Below are positions 12,831 through 27,583 of a stretch of DNA of 64,000 nt, one piece after another. Both the position numbers and the translations under genes were made by a program. Positions within the stretch are counted from its first letter, which is position 1. Each line of letters starts with the position of its first letter. The stretch covers positions 153,519,741 to 153,583,740 of the forward strand of contig CM041465.1 of assembly GCA_023213395.1 (NCBI GenBank), given 5' to 3'. This DNA is from Cycas panzhihuaensis (Eukaryota; Plantae; Cycadophyta). Below the pieces are notes generated by a model. It saw only the letters and a program-made list of their open reading frames with translations. It was not told where the DNA came from and did no database searches.

Positions 12831-15800
12831 CTTGTGAAATTTGAACTTGAAAAAACTTTAAAAAGTTTGAATATTTGTCCTTTAGCTTGATCATTATTAA
12901 CTTGCCTCATCCTTCAGTGATATATGTTTCTTTAATATTGAGTGGTTCAAACGATGTCCAACTATGTGTAGCTTGATTTGAATGAGGATGAATGGTTGCA
13001 ACTCTAACTTTATCTCCGGAACTTTGACTTTGTCTTCTAAAATCTTTGTATTGTGAGTAACTATCATATCATAAGATTTTTCCCCCTCAAATAGAGGATC
13101 AACTTCATGTGTAACAAGGTAATCGTTTATTTGACTTAAATGCTCTACCTTAGTCTTTCTATCACAATCAACCTACTCGACATCCGCCTCACATGCTCAA
13201 TAATATCAAAGTTGAATTCATTTATATTAAGGGTTACTCCCCTATAAATAGAATCTAAGGTGTCCCATATGGCTTTGAAGGTTGTCATTTCACAAACTTT
13301 AGAAAAAACATTATCATCTATAGTGCAAAATAATATAGCTAAGACTTCATTTTCCTTTTATGTCTTCTTTATTATTAAGGTCATATCCATCTTGTAGGTA
13401 TCTCCAAAAATCATTTGTAATAAAATAAGTTTGTATTGTTTTATGCCATTGTGAAAATCATGGGCATCAAATATAGGAAACGATTTTATTTAGATTGATT
13501 ACCATTTGTATAAAAAACTTTAGTACATAATAAAAAAGAATATGTTATACAAGTAGACAAATCCTTAAATGAGTTCAATACTAATACAAGTAGATGATAA
13601 AAATATTTTAGAAAAGAACACAAGCCAATTTTAATAAGTTAACAATGATGTAGTCTTACCAATAAATTCTAAGAAAAAAAATGTAATGCCTTTGAGAGTG
13701 AAAAATACCCTTGGAAAGTAAATTGTATTACCAATTAGAAGCAATTTTTATAAGTGTAATAAGTAAATGAACTTTTCAACACTGATGAAAGAAAGTAACT
13801 AAAATCCTTTTAGCTATGCAGATCTGAAATAAGACCTTTTGATGATTAAAAAAAAAGAATTCTTAAGCTATTGATTTGCAAATAAATAAACACAAACTTG
13901 AGCAAGAAGATGACCTTTTTTTCAATGCAAGAAATCTTTTTATCTTAATGAATATATATAGTGTTGAAAATCTGAAATATATATGTATATCTTCACTTTA
14001 AAAAAGATAAAAAATATGAAGAAGAAACTTTAAAAAAATGAATTGTACACGTTTTATGTTACGTGACCACTTGGCTTGTCACCTTCTTTAGATATATATG
14101 ATCAATTTTTGCTACAAATCAACTTAAAAGAATCTATATGAAAGTCAAATAAAATCTTCAATAATGTATTAGAAGTGATCAATAAGAAATAAAATAAAGA
14201 ACTCCTTAAAAGAAGGGTTAAGAGGACAAGCTTCTTGGGATATCTCAAATGTACAAGTTGATCAGCTTCAAAGCTATACTAAAAAACTTTCTAAATAAGG
14301 TGATATTACACCAATTTAAATATCAATAAAATATCTATTCAACAAAACTGACCGTTTTGAGAACAGGTTCCTACAAGTCAACATTTTAATATACAAAATA
14401 TGAAGTCCTCTTTTTTAGGCTTAACGGGAGCCTAGGGCTTAAAATATTATAAAATGCTAGTAAAATTCTTATAGAATAATGTAAAATGATCAAATATAGT
14501 TTAGGGAGCTACTTAATATACTTTTTAGTTAAAAAATTTGAGAAATAATCTATAAAAATATGCAATAATAATAAATTAGAAGCTATTATGTACCTCAACT
14601 TTGATGGCTTTGAAAATGTGCAAGAACACTTTAAAACTTATAAATAATAGTGTCAATTTAAGATGAACGAGTTAGTTTCCCAACAAAACTGACGGATCTG
14701 AATTCTGATGTGAAACTGAAAAGTTATAATGAAAATAACATCAAGTACTTTTGATGTTAATAATCTAAAAAAGGCTTTTTAAAAAAAAAATTGACTTAAA
14801 CTAATTATAAACATGTCAAATCGACTCCAAATATGGTAAATAACCAGTCTAAACTATAGCCCAGAAAATTATGGACTCAACAGGATTGGTTTCATTAGAA
14901 ACAGATACCCCAAAGAAGAGATATCAGAAAATTAGTTGGGTGCCCTATGTATTAAGGAAAAGTTTAAAAAAGAAAAAAGAAAAATATTATAAAGGTTAAG
15001 TTATCCCATTTAACAAATAAACTATGGGTCACATGGGTTGATGTGATGAGGAGCACAACTCTCAAGAGGGATTAGGCCTTATACATGGATTTGAAAATCT
15101 ATATGATAGGATTTAATTTTTTATATACTTTATAACATAAAACAAATATTATCAAACCGTGAATACATTGAATTATGGACGATGGCTATGCAGAGGCAAA
15201 AGCAAGCATGTAAATATGCAATCGAATTAGTCTAGGCACATTTGGATGGAGACAAAGGATCACCACTAGATGACACACTACTCGGGCCTGAAAGCACGCT
15301 TAGAAAATAGTAAATAATAAATGCATTATATGAAAGAGGACACAGTCAGAGAGGATCATATGTGACGCAGGGATTTTTTAAGCCTGAAACATGATGAAAT
15401 TCGATATTGTAGCTAGAACAAAGGCATCGAGGGTCCACTCAGATGGATCAAATAGAGTTTTTTTTTTTTTTTTTTTTCAGAATTTCATCAAAGTCTCTAC
15501 CACTCAAAAATGAACGATCCACCATTCAAAACAAAGAATCAACTCCTCTATAGAAATATACATAACAAAATCACTTAAGAATGGACATCCATAAAGATTC
15601 ATGTATTGACAAGTACTAAAAGCACAATTTGAAACAACTCAAAGTTTGTCTAGAAAAAATTATACACCAAATAAAGCAAAGCCCAATGTTCCAATGACTT
15701 CAATATCCTCTAGAAAAATCACAAGTAGAAAGCCTAAAACAACATTTAATTAATATACCTTGTTATATTGAAAATTCTTGATACCAAACAAACTACTCCT

Positions 15801-17933
15801 TCACTTTATGCAATCTCAGAGGTTCGATTCCTAGAGGCTTTAATGAGTTCTGAGCTAAGAAGAACATAAAACTCATATGAAGGTGTCGATCTTGAGTTAC
15901 AGGATTGGGGGTAGGCAATGCACATTGATTAAATATGTTCTCGCATCATCTATGGGGGCAACAGTTGCTCAGATCATAGAGACAAAGATACATGCTGAGA
16001 AGATCCTTAAATAAAGATCTCATTCAAAAAAAAAAAAAAAAATTATATAATTTATATATATATATAAATGAAAAAAAGGTTTTGTGCAGCCGCTAAATCA
16101 TGACAAAATAGAGATGAAATTTGTGCATTAAAAAATCTTTCAAATCAATCGAATATTTAATGAATGTCCTCACTACATCTGCCCCGATTGATCTATAGTG
16201 TTCTCACTTGATAATTGAATAAAAAATATTTTAAAAAATGTAATTTATATATATAAAAATGGAAAAATGTTTATTGAATATGCGCAGTCACTAGAGGTCA
16301 TATAATGGCGAATTTTAATCTGAGGATCGATTAAAACAACTTGTAAATTGATTTGAGAGAGACGCCAACAATATGCAATGAAGAAATACTCTAAGAAAAT
16401 TAATATTTAATATAAAATAAAATGAAAAATAACGAATATAATGTCGTACAGTGATGGAGGAAGCACAAAGATGTAGATTGATTTGGAAATCAATAAAAAA
16501 TCTTTAGAACCTGGTAAAAAATAATCTAAATAGGGTGCAATAGATCCACAGAGGAATTTGATCACAAATCTTTCAAAAAATATAATTCTTATATAAAAAA
16601 ATTTGAAAAAATGTGTCAACTGAAGGATGCACTTAGAGGGAAAGATTTAGCATGTTAGATCTCACCAACAAAGGAACAAAATCAGACAAAATTAGAGGAG
16701 TAGCTCGATAGTATTGATGTCAATATCTTTGTCAAATTTTGTGACAAATAGATGACTATATGCAGAGAACGAAGCTTTAGCTCCCAAGGAGGTTTTACGC
16801 CTTTATGGAGACTGTGCAGCTCAAGAAATGCTTATAATTAGGCTGAACTTCTTTGGTCTATCTTGTATCAGACCTTCACCCCTTTCACATAAAAAATATG
16901 ATAAGAAAAGAAGTCAAAACAAGCAAATAAGAGAAGGGGCAGTGTGGTTTTACTGCCAAAAAAATAACTGAGCTTCCAAAAGGGAGATCTCCTCATCAGA
17001 GGACCAAAAATTAAAATCGTTGAATCTAATACAAAGCTGACTCAGAGAGCTTCAAAATGACTAGGGATTTGCTTGGGTTTCATTCACCGTGGAGACCGCA
17101 TCACCACCAGAAATGAATAAGTTCCTTCCCAAACCTTGAGAAAATGGTGAATAGACAATAAAATCTTATAAAATATTAAATGAGATTTTAATATAACTTC
17201 CAAAACCTCATAGGTTAAATATGCAAAAATTATTGCATAGATCTAAAAAATATTGAATAAATAGACTAAATACACCAAACATGGCCAAATATTTAACAAA
17301 ATATGCAAAACTTGTTCATAAAAACTTCATAAAGTAATGAGATCTTGAATATTTTATCGATTATAACCGCTATCCTACACTGATCTATGAAAACATAGGT
17401 TATTTTACAAATATAAATTAGAAATAATCAAAATTTTTAATAAAACATAGTATAAGAAACTACGAATAAGCTTTGTAGAAAATGAATAGAACTAATATTT
17501 GGCTTGTCGTGAGTAGATCTGCTTTGAAACTAATGGATCTTCTTACTAAAAAAGAAACCTTTAATGTGCCAAAATCGAGCCAATGTACGCAGGATCTACG
17601 CTCTGATACTAAATGAAGGTTTGTAAAATGGAGATAGAGTGGAGTAATACATCAAGTAATTAAACCATTGTTGCATAAATATAATAATCTTTTGTATTCA
17701 GTCCATCTTTAAGAAAGTATTACAAATGTCCAAAATGAAGGTATTGTCAAAAGACACAAGGGTTTGTCACCCAGTAAAGATATAGTTTGAGGGAGGAGGG
17801 AAACCTCCAAAATTTTAAATATAATAAAATAATGCTTAACTGAAATAACTTTAACCTTACCTTACTTACCTTCACATGTGTGCACTTACATGTGTAAATG
17901 GCGGGAGTGGGATGATGAACATTAACCCCAACA
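12831..17933 (-). mobile_element. TR-GAG-like element B2 (diverged relative of B), 3' LTR missing
   Basis: 5' LTR 17614-17933 (TGAAGG...CCCCAACA) and tRNA-iMet PBS complement gctctgatacta (17600-17611). About 4 kb of AT-rich leader, partly homologous to 35450-36900 and 38060-38600. Gag remnant about 12831-13510, homologous to 34741-35410. Confidence 0.85.
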
Positions 17934-20900
17934 ATTTTTTTTCTTGAATGTTCATGAATTAAAAGTTCTTGTAATCTATATCTTCTTTCATTGCTCCTAG
18001 TATTTTGAGTTATTTTCTATACTTCTATCCAATGGTTTGGCAAATATTGTAAACCATAAATTCGTTATTCATTAAAATTATTTCATCATTCTCTTTGCAG
18101 ATTTTTTAGTTACTCTTATAAGCTATATGTGGTCTTCATCAATGCCATTGTAATGTTATTTTGTGGGTTTCTCCTATGTCTTGGAAATTCTTCTATACTT
18201 ATTCCTTTAGAGCCAAGGTATTGTTAAACCCCTCATTTTATTTAGATATCATCATTATTTGTATTCTCATTATGATTCTCAGTTGATATATATGACATTT
18301 TTCTAACACTTTATATTGTTTCCTAAAGCTCTTAATAATAACCTTGGAACGTTGTCAAGTTCTTGGTTAGATTTTTAAGTTTTAGACTACGTACATTTTT
18401 AAATTGTCTATTAGGTATATAGATTAAGCATTAAAAATTTGATACTAACCTATCATGAACTCTCCATAACACCCTTGCTATAAAGGGCTCTCATGACTTT
18501 ACTTTGATGGAACTCATCATAATTACCTAACAAGGCTAGTACGAATAATTTAATCTTGAATTTATGAAGTTTAGTTAGAGTAGAAATTGCATAGTGGAAT
18601 TGTCCTGATAGAGTTGACATATCAAAGCAAATACAGGTACTTCACAACTATACCTAAATCCCTTTTACTAATAATAGTAATACAAAAATATAATGAGCCA
18701 AACTATTGTATTCCTTAATGAGTTATTTTATAAATTTTAGAATAAGAAAATAATCAAACTAGATTGCCTAGATGGATTCAAAACTTAACCTTTCTAAATC
18801 TTAAGAAGGAAGTTGCCCCCAAATTAGAGCAAATGATATGAATGCTAAAATATTAATATGTTACTCTTGACATAGTCTCTAAGATTTTCCCTTCACAAAT
18901 ATCTTATTTAGAAATCTAATCAATACGTAGTTACTATTGAAATATTTTATTCTTCCACACTTTACATGTTTTTCTAGATATAATTAGGATAATCCACATT
19001 TCAAATACTTCATTATTAGATTAATCTCATTGAATACCTTATTATGTCACCTATTCTATTAGCTTTAGACATCTCTCTTTTACGATCTATTTAGTATTTG
19101 GACTCTAATTCTATATTTAAGTCCTTTATTGTTCACCCTTTCTTTTATCCATCTTCTTTATTTAAAAATCCTCGTGCACTCTTAACCTTGCTCATTTATC
19201 TATTTAAATGCATCACCTTCTTAGGGGGAATTCATGCAATGATATGGACTCTAATACCTATAATAGTATTCATAGTTATTAATTTTAAAGTAGAGTCTTC
19301 ACATAGGAGTTCCCGGTGGCCCTTATCTATTAGAAATTTCATTAGTAAACAAGAAAGTTATGAGTGAAATTATGAAGGTTAGTCAATTATGTTTCATACT
19401 ACCATACTATACTTTTAAAATTGTAGGCCAATGGGTAAATCTTATAGGTATGTATGTATGTATAAGATTATAAACACCCTTGAATAAGGGTCCCCATATA
19501 ATTAAAATTGTTAAAATTTATTTCTAGTCATGTGAGACATCACAAAATGTTTAAGGTTTCCTAGGTATAAATTTTCACTTGACTAATTGTATTTAATGGT
19601 AAATAGTAAAAATGTCACCTTAAATATATTTTAAGTATAAAATCTCTTTATATAAATAGATAACCCTTTTAGAGAGTTATGGAATAATAGGTTGAATATG
19701 AAAAAGGGTTAACTATTAAGGGTGTAATGGCTATTTTAGTGAAGTGTTATTTTATCTTAAAGGCTTTAATCCTTTTGACTTAAGTCAACATAGTCATAAA
19801 GAAAGTTTGTCCTTAAAAGTTTGACCCAAACACTTTTGACATAAAAATAACAAACATCAATGTGTCAATAAGAAAGAGACTAGCTTCAAGTGATAATAAT
19901 TTTCTCATACAATGCTTGATTTTTGAGTTCTACCACTATTGGAAAGCTCTTGGCATGTCATTCATAATGGAATAATTATTCAAGAATGAGAAATATTTCA
20001 ATATAATGATTTATCCCTTCAAAGTTATCACCTTGATGAGTTTTCCAAATTGGTATCTCGTGAGGCTAAAAACCTATAAATTTGATTTTTGATAACATTT
20101 TTGTGCAATGTCTATTTTGGAACTTCTATCTCTTAGTTTAAAGGTAATAAGATAATATATAATAAGACATATATTTCTCATCATGTGTCTCATCAATTCA
20201 AAGAAAATACTCTATAATACATTGCTTCTTCAATTTTTTATGAGTCTAAGAGAAAATTAAATCCTTACAATTGTTAACTTTTATATATTTCTTATGTAGT
20301 GCTAATTTTAGAACATCCATTAGTTGTTCTAAAGATGAAGAAACCATCTTCAAGTTGGTAGACTTATTCTTTATAAAATATAACTTCTATAGTAAAATAT
20401 ATAGCTTTAAAAAAGTCATAATTTTTAATTTATAATGACCCTACAGTTACAATACTTCTTCCATATCTTTTATTCATTCATATCATGTGGTCCCCTATAT
20501 ATATTGTATATTTAAGAAATTTGGCTACTTTCATATTATGTAAGCAACAAATAATATATAAAGAGACATATCTTGTATCCCAATGTAACACAAATCCATT
20601 ATAGATATACTAACTAGTTGAGTATACTATAAATGTTACGCCTTCACACTTGGTAGATAATAAAATAAGGTTCTACCTCACATAAGATGACTAAATCTTT
20701 GAAATGAATAGAATTTATACACATAGTTAAGAAGTGACCAAACCAAGAAGGATAATAAATCAAGTCTAGGTTAGGTCTTCATAGACAACCCTTGCACGTT
20801 TCTTTGGTAAACAAACTCTCTTAATCATCTCCTTAAATTAATGAACTCTAAGAACATGTCATATAACCTAGCTTATCAAATTCATCTTAATAGGGTAGAA

Positions 20901-21745
20901 GCCTACTTTTATGGAAAACCCATATTAATTATTGCTAATCAATCTCTCAAACAACATATCATACCTCCGTAACTCTCACTATTATCTCTTAGTCAGACAT
21001 TTTTTGATATTCTATTCCAAAAAGATATACATTTAGAAAACTAATTATTAATAGCTTAATAATACAAAATAAACATTACATGTAATATTATGAAATTTAA
21101 TATTCAAACACTATTAAGACTACTAATGAAGATAAAAGATATACCTATATTTCTAATTCTAAGAAAGACAAACATCATTTTGAGACATGGCATAATTAGA
21201 GTTCTATTACCCTTATTTTAGAATCTAACTTAGAAAGGTTAATTCATTATAACACTTTTATACTTAACCCCCTTCCTTAATCACTTCACACACTAGCCTT
21301 AGTTATGATGGAAGCCCTTCTTATAAGTACTATGTAAGCATGCACCCCTTCTTGTAGTTGATTCATTAATAGAAAAAGATAAACCTCGAAAGTTAGTATG
21401 GAAGTCCATCTTCATTAGTGACTACTTCCCCTCCTTCTTTATATATGAATATAACTTTGTATCATTTCTTGGAATGTTAGTGGATACTCCCTTACCATAT
21501 GAAAAAGAATTTTAAAGAACTATATGTCAAAACTAAATTTTTTTACTTTTCTAACTATTTAGAAATACAAACATGTTGAAATTGAGTTTCCCTATGTAAT
21601 TTATTTCTTCTAGGGGTTGAAGAATTTTGTTTCACTTAATTACCCTCTAGGTTCAAGTGCTATGGCTCTAAATTTAGCAAATCAATTACTCAAATTTTAA
21701 ATTACTACTCTCTAGCCCTCCAAATAAATTTCTACTCCTTTATTA
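17934..21745 (-). repeat. Old 'host' repeat family H, copy lacking the element A insertion
   Basis: Colinear but clearly diverged match to 39510-42195 plus 44200-44610. The empty site 'ttataag-tacta-tgtaagc' is at 21321-21339. Confidence 0.85.
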
Positions 21746-21889
21746 ATGTCCATATTTGATAAAAACAATGAAATTTAAGAAAGGACATGTTTGGTAGAGT
21801 AATAAAGAGCCTGAAAGCCATTTTCTTTCATTGGTTTTGGACATTACTAACATTGACAACACTACCAAAGAACTGGATTTCATCTACGC

Positions 21890-22474
21890 TCATTTTGGTT
21901 TGAAGAAATGGTGCTCCAAAGCTTCCTTAGCTAAAGACACTCCCTTGGGTTGAACTTCAACAAACCACGAAGCAAATCAATGAGGGCTTCTGATGAGGGA
22001 TCCCCATTTTTATTAATAAGATTCTGTAGGCGAGGCAATCTGGACCGCCAACTCGCCTATAGATGCAGCTTCGCCGCTTGAGTTCGCTACCATTTCTAAT
22101 GTACTCCTTCCACAATCGCACCCATTTTATCATATATTGAGGAATTGGTCCCAATACCCGCTGTATCATCAGAAGGTGTTCCAAATCATCATCGCCTCGA
22201 AAAGGACATTTCCACATAATAATTCTGCCAAAATGCACCTAACATTCCACAAATCGATAGGATAACTCCATCCAACACCCATTACCGCCTCAGTGCTCTA
22301 GATGCTCTCGTGGTAACTACCTTCCCATGGTATTGGTTCTCGGATGTGGCAGAACCAAAATCTATGAGTTTAATCTCACTTGACGAGGGAATGCACTTAG
22401 AATGATTCTTACAATGCTAAGAATTCTTGTCATATTCCGAGGAGATGAGAAGAATGTTGTCAGGCTTTAGATCA
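21890..22474 (-). pseudogene. 5'-truncated LAMMER (AFC/CLK-like) kinase pseudogene
   Basis: Minus strand gives DLKPDNILL, IKLIDFGSAT, QYHGKVVTTR, GVGWSYPIDLW, DDDLEHLLMIQRVLGPIP and KEALEHHFFKPK*, with frameshifts. The N-lobe and promoter are deleted. Confidence 0.95.
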
Positions 22475-22749
22475 ACCCAAAAACAAAACCCACTTCACAA
22501 AGAAGCACATAAGGACACAACAAAGGAATCTGGGATAGCACATGTGAAACATAGCCAACTCATTATTTTCATCATTTACTATAATGTAACTACCATACTC
22601 TCTAGAACCTTATCTTTAATCCTATCGCCATGTATTTATAAAGGACATGGGATGTTCCTAGCGTAATGTGTCTATGGTGATGCAAATACAAGACAAAGAA
22701 AACACAGGCAAAAACATGGTATTGAATGAAATCTTGTATACCCATAATA

Positions 22750-25700
22750 AATACAAATAATAGAAAATAGTAAGAACTCAACCCATGGCTATTTGGGAAT
22801 GCCATTTGTGAGTAAAACATTTGAGATGGATTATGCTAGAAGGATTATTGTGGGGTTTATCATGCATTTATGGAAACAATATGTGAACCATTATGAACAA
22901 CCTCAATTACTACAAAAATAATGTGCCAATAACAATGAAATTTATTGATGTAAATTCATCATTAGCATTGTTAAAAAGAAAAATGAGTTTAGTAGGATGA
23001 AAGAAGGAAAGAAAATTAGTTTGATCATATGTTAAATTGGCTTTCATAGAGCCAATCTTCACCAACATTTTATAGTTTAATTATCTGTGTCTCAATTGCT
23101 ATGCAATTCAAAAATAGGTTTCAGATATCTAGATGATGGGAAGGAACTTGAGTTTTAATGGAATATATAGATTCTTGACCATAAACCGTAGCATATGTGG
23201 CAAGTCCATTAGTTGTCATGACAATGGATCAATTGAGATATAAGGATGAATAAATTTAACAATGCTAATCAATTTCATATTTATCAATGATAGTTTTAAA
23301 AGTGATAATTAAGAGAAGGGTAATACAAGACAATGTGAAAGAAAAGGTAGATACACATGGTATATTTACCAATGGAGCTATAAATGTTAATATATTGTGA
23401 TCTAAATATGAGATGAGAATAATTGGTATGGAAACAAGGTGGGATGAGAAGTAAATGGGCAAAGTAAGCAAATGCAATGAATGTGGGCACCTTTAAAAAT
23501 AGAGCCATGGAGTATTAATTTAATGAGAATTAAGAGTATTTTTATAAATATGATGATTTTGATATGTAGGTAGTGATGGTCCGATGATTGTAAAAGAAAT
23601 AATGTTGGGAGGTTAACCATGATTAGAGGTTATAAGGAATTTAAATTCAAGAATAGTACTAACTTGTATACAATAAGGCCTGTTAAAATTGATATCTACA
23701 CAGACTAAACAAAATGAGAACTATTTAGTAATAAAAGGTAATAATCGTAGTTGGTAGTTAGTTGTGGGTAGTATTGATAGTAAGCATAATGATATGGGAA
23801 ATAAAAGTGGTAAGCAACATGCAATGGTGTTATTTTAATGCATTTACTTGACACGCATAATTACCTCATAATGCTATGGGGTTGGTAGGGAGTTAATGAA
23901 CCATCGCATGGTGTAATTTCCATCAATGTGACTTAAATAATTTGCACAAACTTTACACCATTTATATATATACATAAACAAGGAAGTTAATAGAGAGTAC
24001 CTAAGAGTTATCAAAGCACAAGAACTATTTTCGTGGATCAAGGTTTATAATTTTTAAGGAACTCCTTACAAAGGATGTCTCTATGGTAGATGGATTGATA
24101 TGAGAGAATGAGAAACTAACATGTAGTTATAAGGTCCATTCAGTAAAGAAAGACACACATTTGGATGATAATGGTGATAGATCAAAATTAGATGGTGAAA
24201 TGTTTGACATTTTCATTGAATATAATTACGAGTTGAAGATTCTTCTAGTTTAATTATTGTTTCTAACTAGATCTTCAATTGAGTAAATATGACACCAAGA
24301 TTATAGACTTAGCATTATAATTATCCTTGAAGAATTGAAGGAGGTTCTACTTAACCTAAATAAGGAGAAGCATGCAATAGATTCAAATAGGTAGGACTCT
24401 ATCTCAAAATGAGATCCGATGAAATAGAACTCAAAGATTATATTATTCTTTAGCATATCTACAAGAACGATAAATCTATCCTGCTCTCATCAAAGAATGT
24501 GAGGATTTGGTTGATCTAATAACTATTAGCAAATATGATCAGATGGAGAAGAGCATAAAGAATCTAAATCCCACCTTAAATCAAGACTCAACATTGTACT
24601 AAGCTTATCAATTTTGAAATGGGTGGTGTGGCCCATAATTTAACTTTGACTCTAGTAATACAAAAGAAGACGAGGATGTTCAACAAGAACCATTAGAAGA
24701 AACAACTTGAGAGGTGACACAAGATAATGAGATTTTATTAGCTAAATTAAAGCATGGTGGGAAGTAAGTTGTGGTAATACATTTGATCATGTCCGAGGAA
24801 GTTTATAGTCTTTAAGAATCCGATCCTTATTGATAATATATGAAATGCATTTTAAGATTGACTTCTGCCCCAATCCTTCTAATTGAAAGAAGGGTATTTT
24901 TCACAATTAAAGTTTGAACCTTAACTCTTGGCCAAAGAATTCTTCCATACAAAGGGATAATACCCTTTTTTTTAGTGGATGGGAAAGGAGTTCTTCTCCA
25001 CCATCATATCTCCTTTATGGCATGTAAAGATGTTTATAGTTTTTCTAAATAGGTAGTATCATGATCATTTATAATTTTGAATAGTTTTCTTTTGTTGATA
25101 TTTTCCTTTTCATGAGATATAATAAGCATAGTTCATATGTATTGAGTAAAAGAAGAATACTCTTTATGGGTTGAATAACTTATAGGAGGAAGATATTCGA
25201 AACCACTTCAAATACTCTTTACTCAATACATATGAACTCAAATACTTTATGGGTTGAATAACTTATAGGAGGAAGATATTCTTGCACATAGAAGGGTTAC
25301 AATGATGAAGTTAGTGAGTAATTAAACTAAATCTTGGGAAGATGATCTCGTGATAGGTTGGTTCCGAGTAAGTGGGTGAAATTCTCATAGACTAATATCT
25401 AATGGGAAGGGCTAGTATCCCCAAATATAAGATGGAAGAAGTTGAGGGAAATGGTTAAGTAGAGTAGGTAATTTGTAGGCAAGACATTTACAAGATAAAG
25501 TGCTTATAAGTTGGATTACTTGTAAGAGAAAAATAACTCCTCACCTACACACAAATTACACTGAAGAACAAAAAAGGTAAGGCATAATTTGTGAGTAATA
25601 TAACACCCAAAAAATAGATGTCCTATAAGATAAGGCTCTCATTGGGATGACTCTTTAAGGGGATTTTAAATTTTAGCCATTGATCTTTCTAGTATGATAA

Positions 25701-26507
25701 AGTCAACCATGCCACTAACACATGGATACATATGGGGCGATAATTAACTTGTGGGATGTAAGCACAAATTAATGAGTGTGTTGAGAATACAAGGTCGTAA
25801 ACCTTAAACCACCACAAGATCTAAACTATTTTGCAACTAGTTATAGGAATCAAAACTAAAATTTAACATGCAAGTTCTAAAATCAGAGATAATACAATAA
25901 CATGAATATGAAAGCCAAACATCACATGTGCACCTGATATAATATGGTAAAACCCTAACAATGTCCTAGGGAAACATCCACATAGGAAAGGTATCGATCT
26001 TTATTATTGTAGAATGGAGAAAAAATATATCTTATTAGTAGAGTGCTCTCAGGAACAACAACCAGCCACCGCCCTCATCACAAAGACATTACATTACATA
26101 CATCATAATTAGAGAAGCCCTAAATTGGACTATATGAGAGGGTCATCCAAGGCATAGATCTCAACCATAGAATCTAGTGTATTTGTATCGAATCTAATTC
26201 GATTCTCTTTACAATTTAAATTGGTTTACATAGTTAATTTTTCAGGTCGGGGGCTATCACCCCCGAACCCCTATTAGTGGGGGGCATTCCACTCCCCTAC
26301 ATCCCCCGTCCAAGGCGGGCTCCCGCCCCTTAACCCCAAAAGATTAAGAGGGGAAACCACGCTACAACATGCCAAAATTTTAGCCTCAAACTATTATTGT
26401 CACAATATCCAATAGAGTGTAGTAATTACTAGGCTAGCCATGAAAGATGCCTTAATTTTTCACATTTTATATCATGATTGTATTTGGATTTGGGATGAAG
26501 TTGAGGA
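22750..26507 (-). mobile_element. Highly decayed, internally deleted Ty3/gypsy gag-pol remnant (paralog of 54050-57289)
   Basis: Colinear with 54050-57289, which retains the integrase signature LVYGQE. Interrupted by the solo LTR at 25779-26414. Confidence 0.6.
25779..26414. mobile_element. Solo LTR, 636 bp, with 5-bp TSD
   Basis: TGTTGAG...TCCAATA (degenerate CA end), flanked by gagtg at 25774-25778 and 26415-26419. The paralog has a single gagtg (empty site) near 57197-57201. GC-rich G/C-run tract at 26246-26340. Confidence 0.88.
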
Positions 26508-27583
26508 ATATGTGTTAGAAAATGTGATCATACGACTTAATGTAAAGTGGGCCTCCTATTTTTATGCCTAAGTATTTGAAGGAATAATCTCAATTGTGGT
26601 GGCCTAATGGATGTATTTGTAATTATATTTGGTAGTTTAGATCTATAAATATAGATCAAAGTCCATCTTTGTAATATGTCATTTTGTCATAATGTGAACA
26701 TTATTCATTTATGGGTTTTCACCCATAAAGGTTTCCCATGGCAATATGGTGTCCCGTGTGATCTGTTTGTACTTGTTATCTTCCTGATGTGAAAGATCAT
26801 GTTGACCTTGTTTGCTTTAGTTGCATTTTCTAACATGGTATGAGAGCATGTAGGTCGTGCACAGGTAGATGAACATTGTTTGAGGTCTAATCAATGGTGC
26901 CAGGTCATGCTAGCTTGCCCTCAATAGATTGGCGTGCTCGATGACCCTGCTGTAATGTACCGTGATAGTGCAGATGATCGTTGAGGATCCTAGCCTTGTA
27001 TTCTTATTTGCAGGTACTTTGAGCATATGGAGGTGTGTGGATGAGTTTTCTAACACTATTACCAGCCATATGAGAGTCGTTTGAACTTGGTGAAGGTGTC
27101 TGATCCCTGTTTAAAGTTACCATTGAGTTTGGATGCCCTAGAGTCGATTACCAGCCCTTTGTTACCGGTGGGAGAATGTAGAAATCCTAGTGAAGCTGTT
27201 GCAATGCCATGAAGTCAATAATATGGTTAAATATTAAGGTATGCTCATTAAATATTCACTTATTTGACATTGTAGGATTTGAATAATATATATTGCACCG
27301 CCATCAGACATGCCCTAAGTATCATCCGTATTTGTCAAGAGTAATATATTTAATCACCCTTGTGTTATATACATTGATCATTGTCGTATATTGAACCTGC
27401 CCTTACATAATATATCAGCTGCTACAATAATCGTATTAATCTCCATAATATTAATATTGCACTCTTGCAATATTCATTGTAGGGTTTTCATGAAGTCATC
27501 CAATTTATAGATTACATGTATATCATTACAATGTAATAATACACTGCGTGTATATCATGATAATAGTAGTTGTGTGTTATTCA

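Noticed and set aside
15458-16042. Poly(T) 15458-15477 and poly(A) 16026-16042 as retroposon tails
   Set aside because: No TSD or SINE/LINE body is recognisable; treated as simple homopolymers in the B2 leader.
17934-21745. Endogenous virus or LINE origin of repeat H
   Set aside because: No RdRp, LINE RT/endonuclease or caulimovirid motifs were found by eye; not excluded without a profile search.
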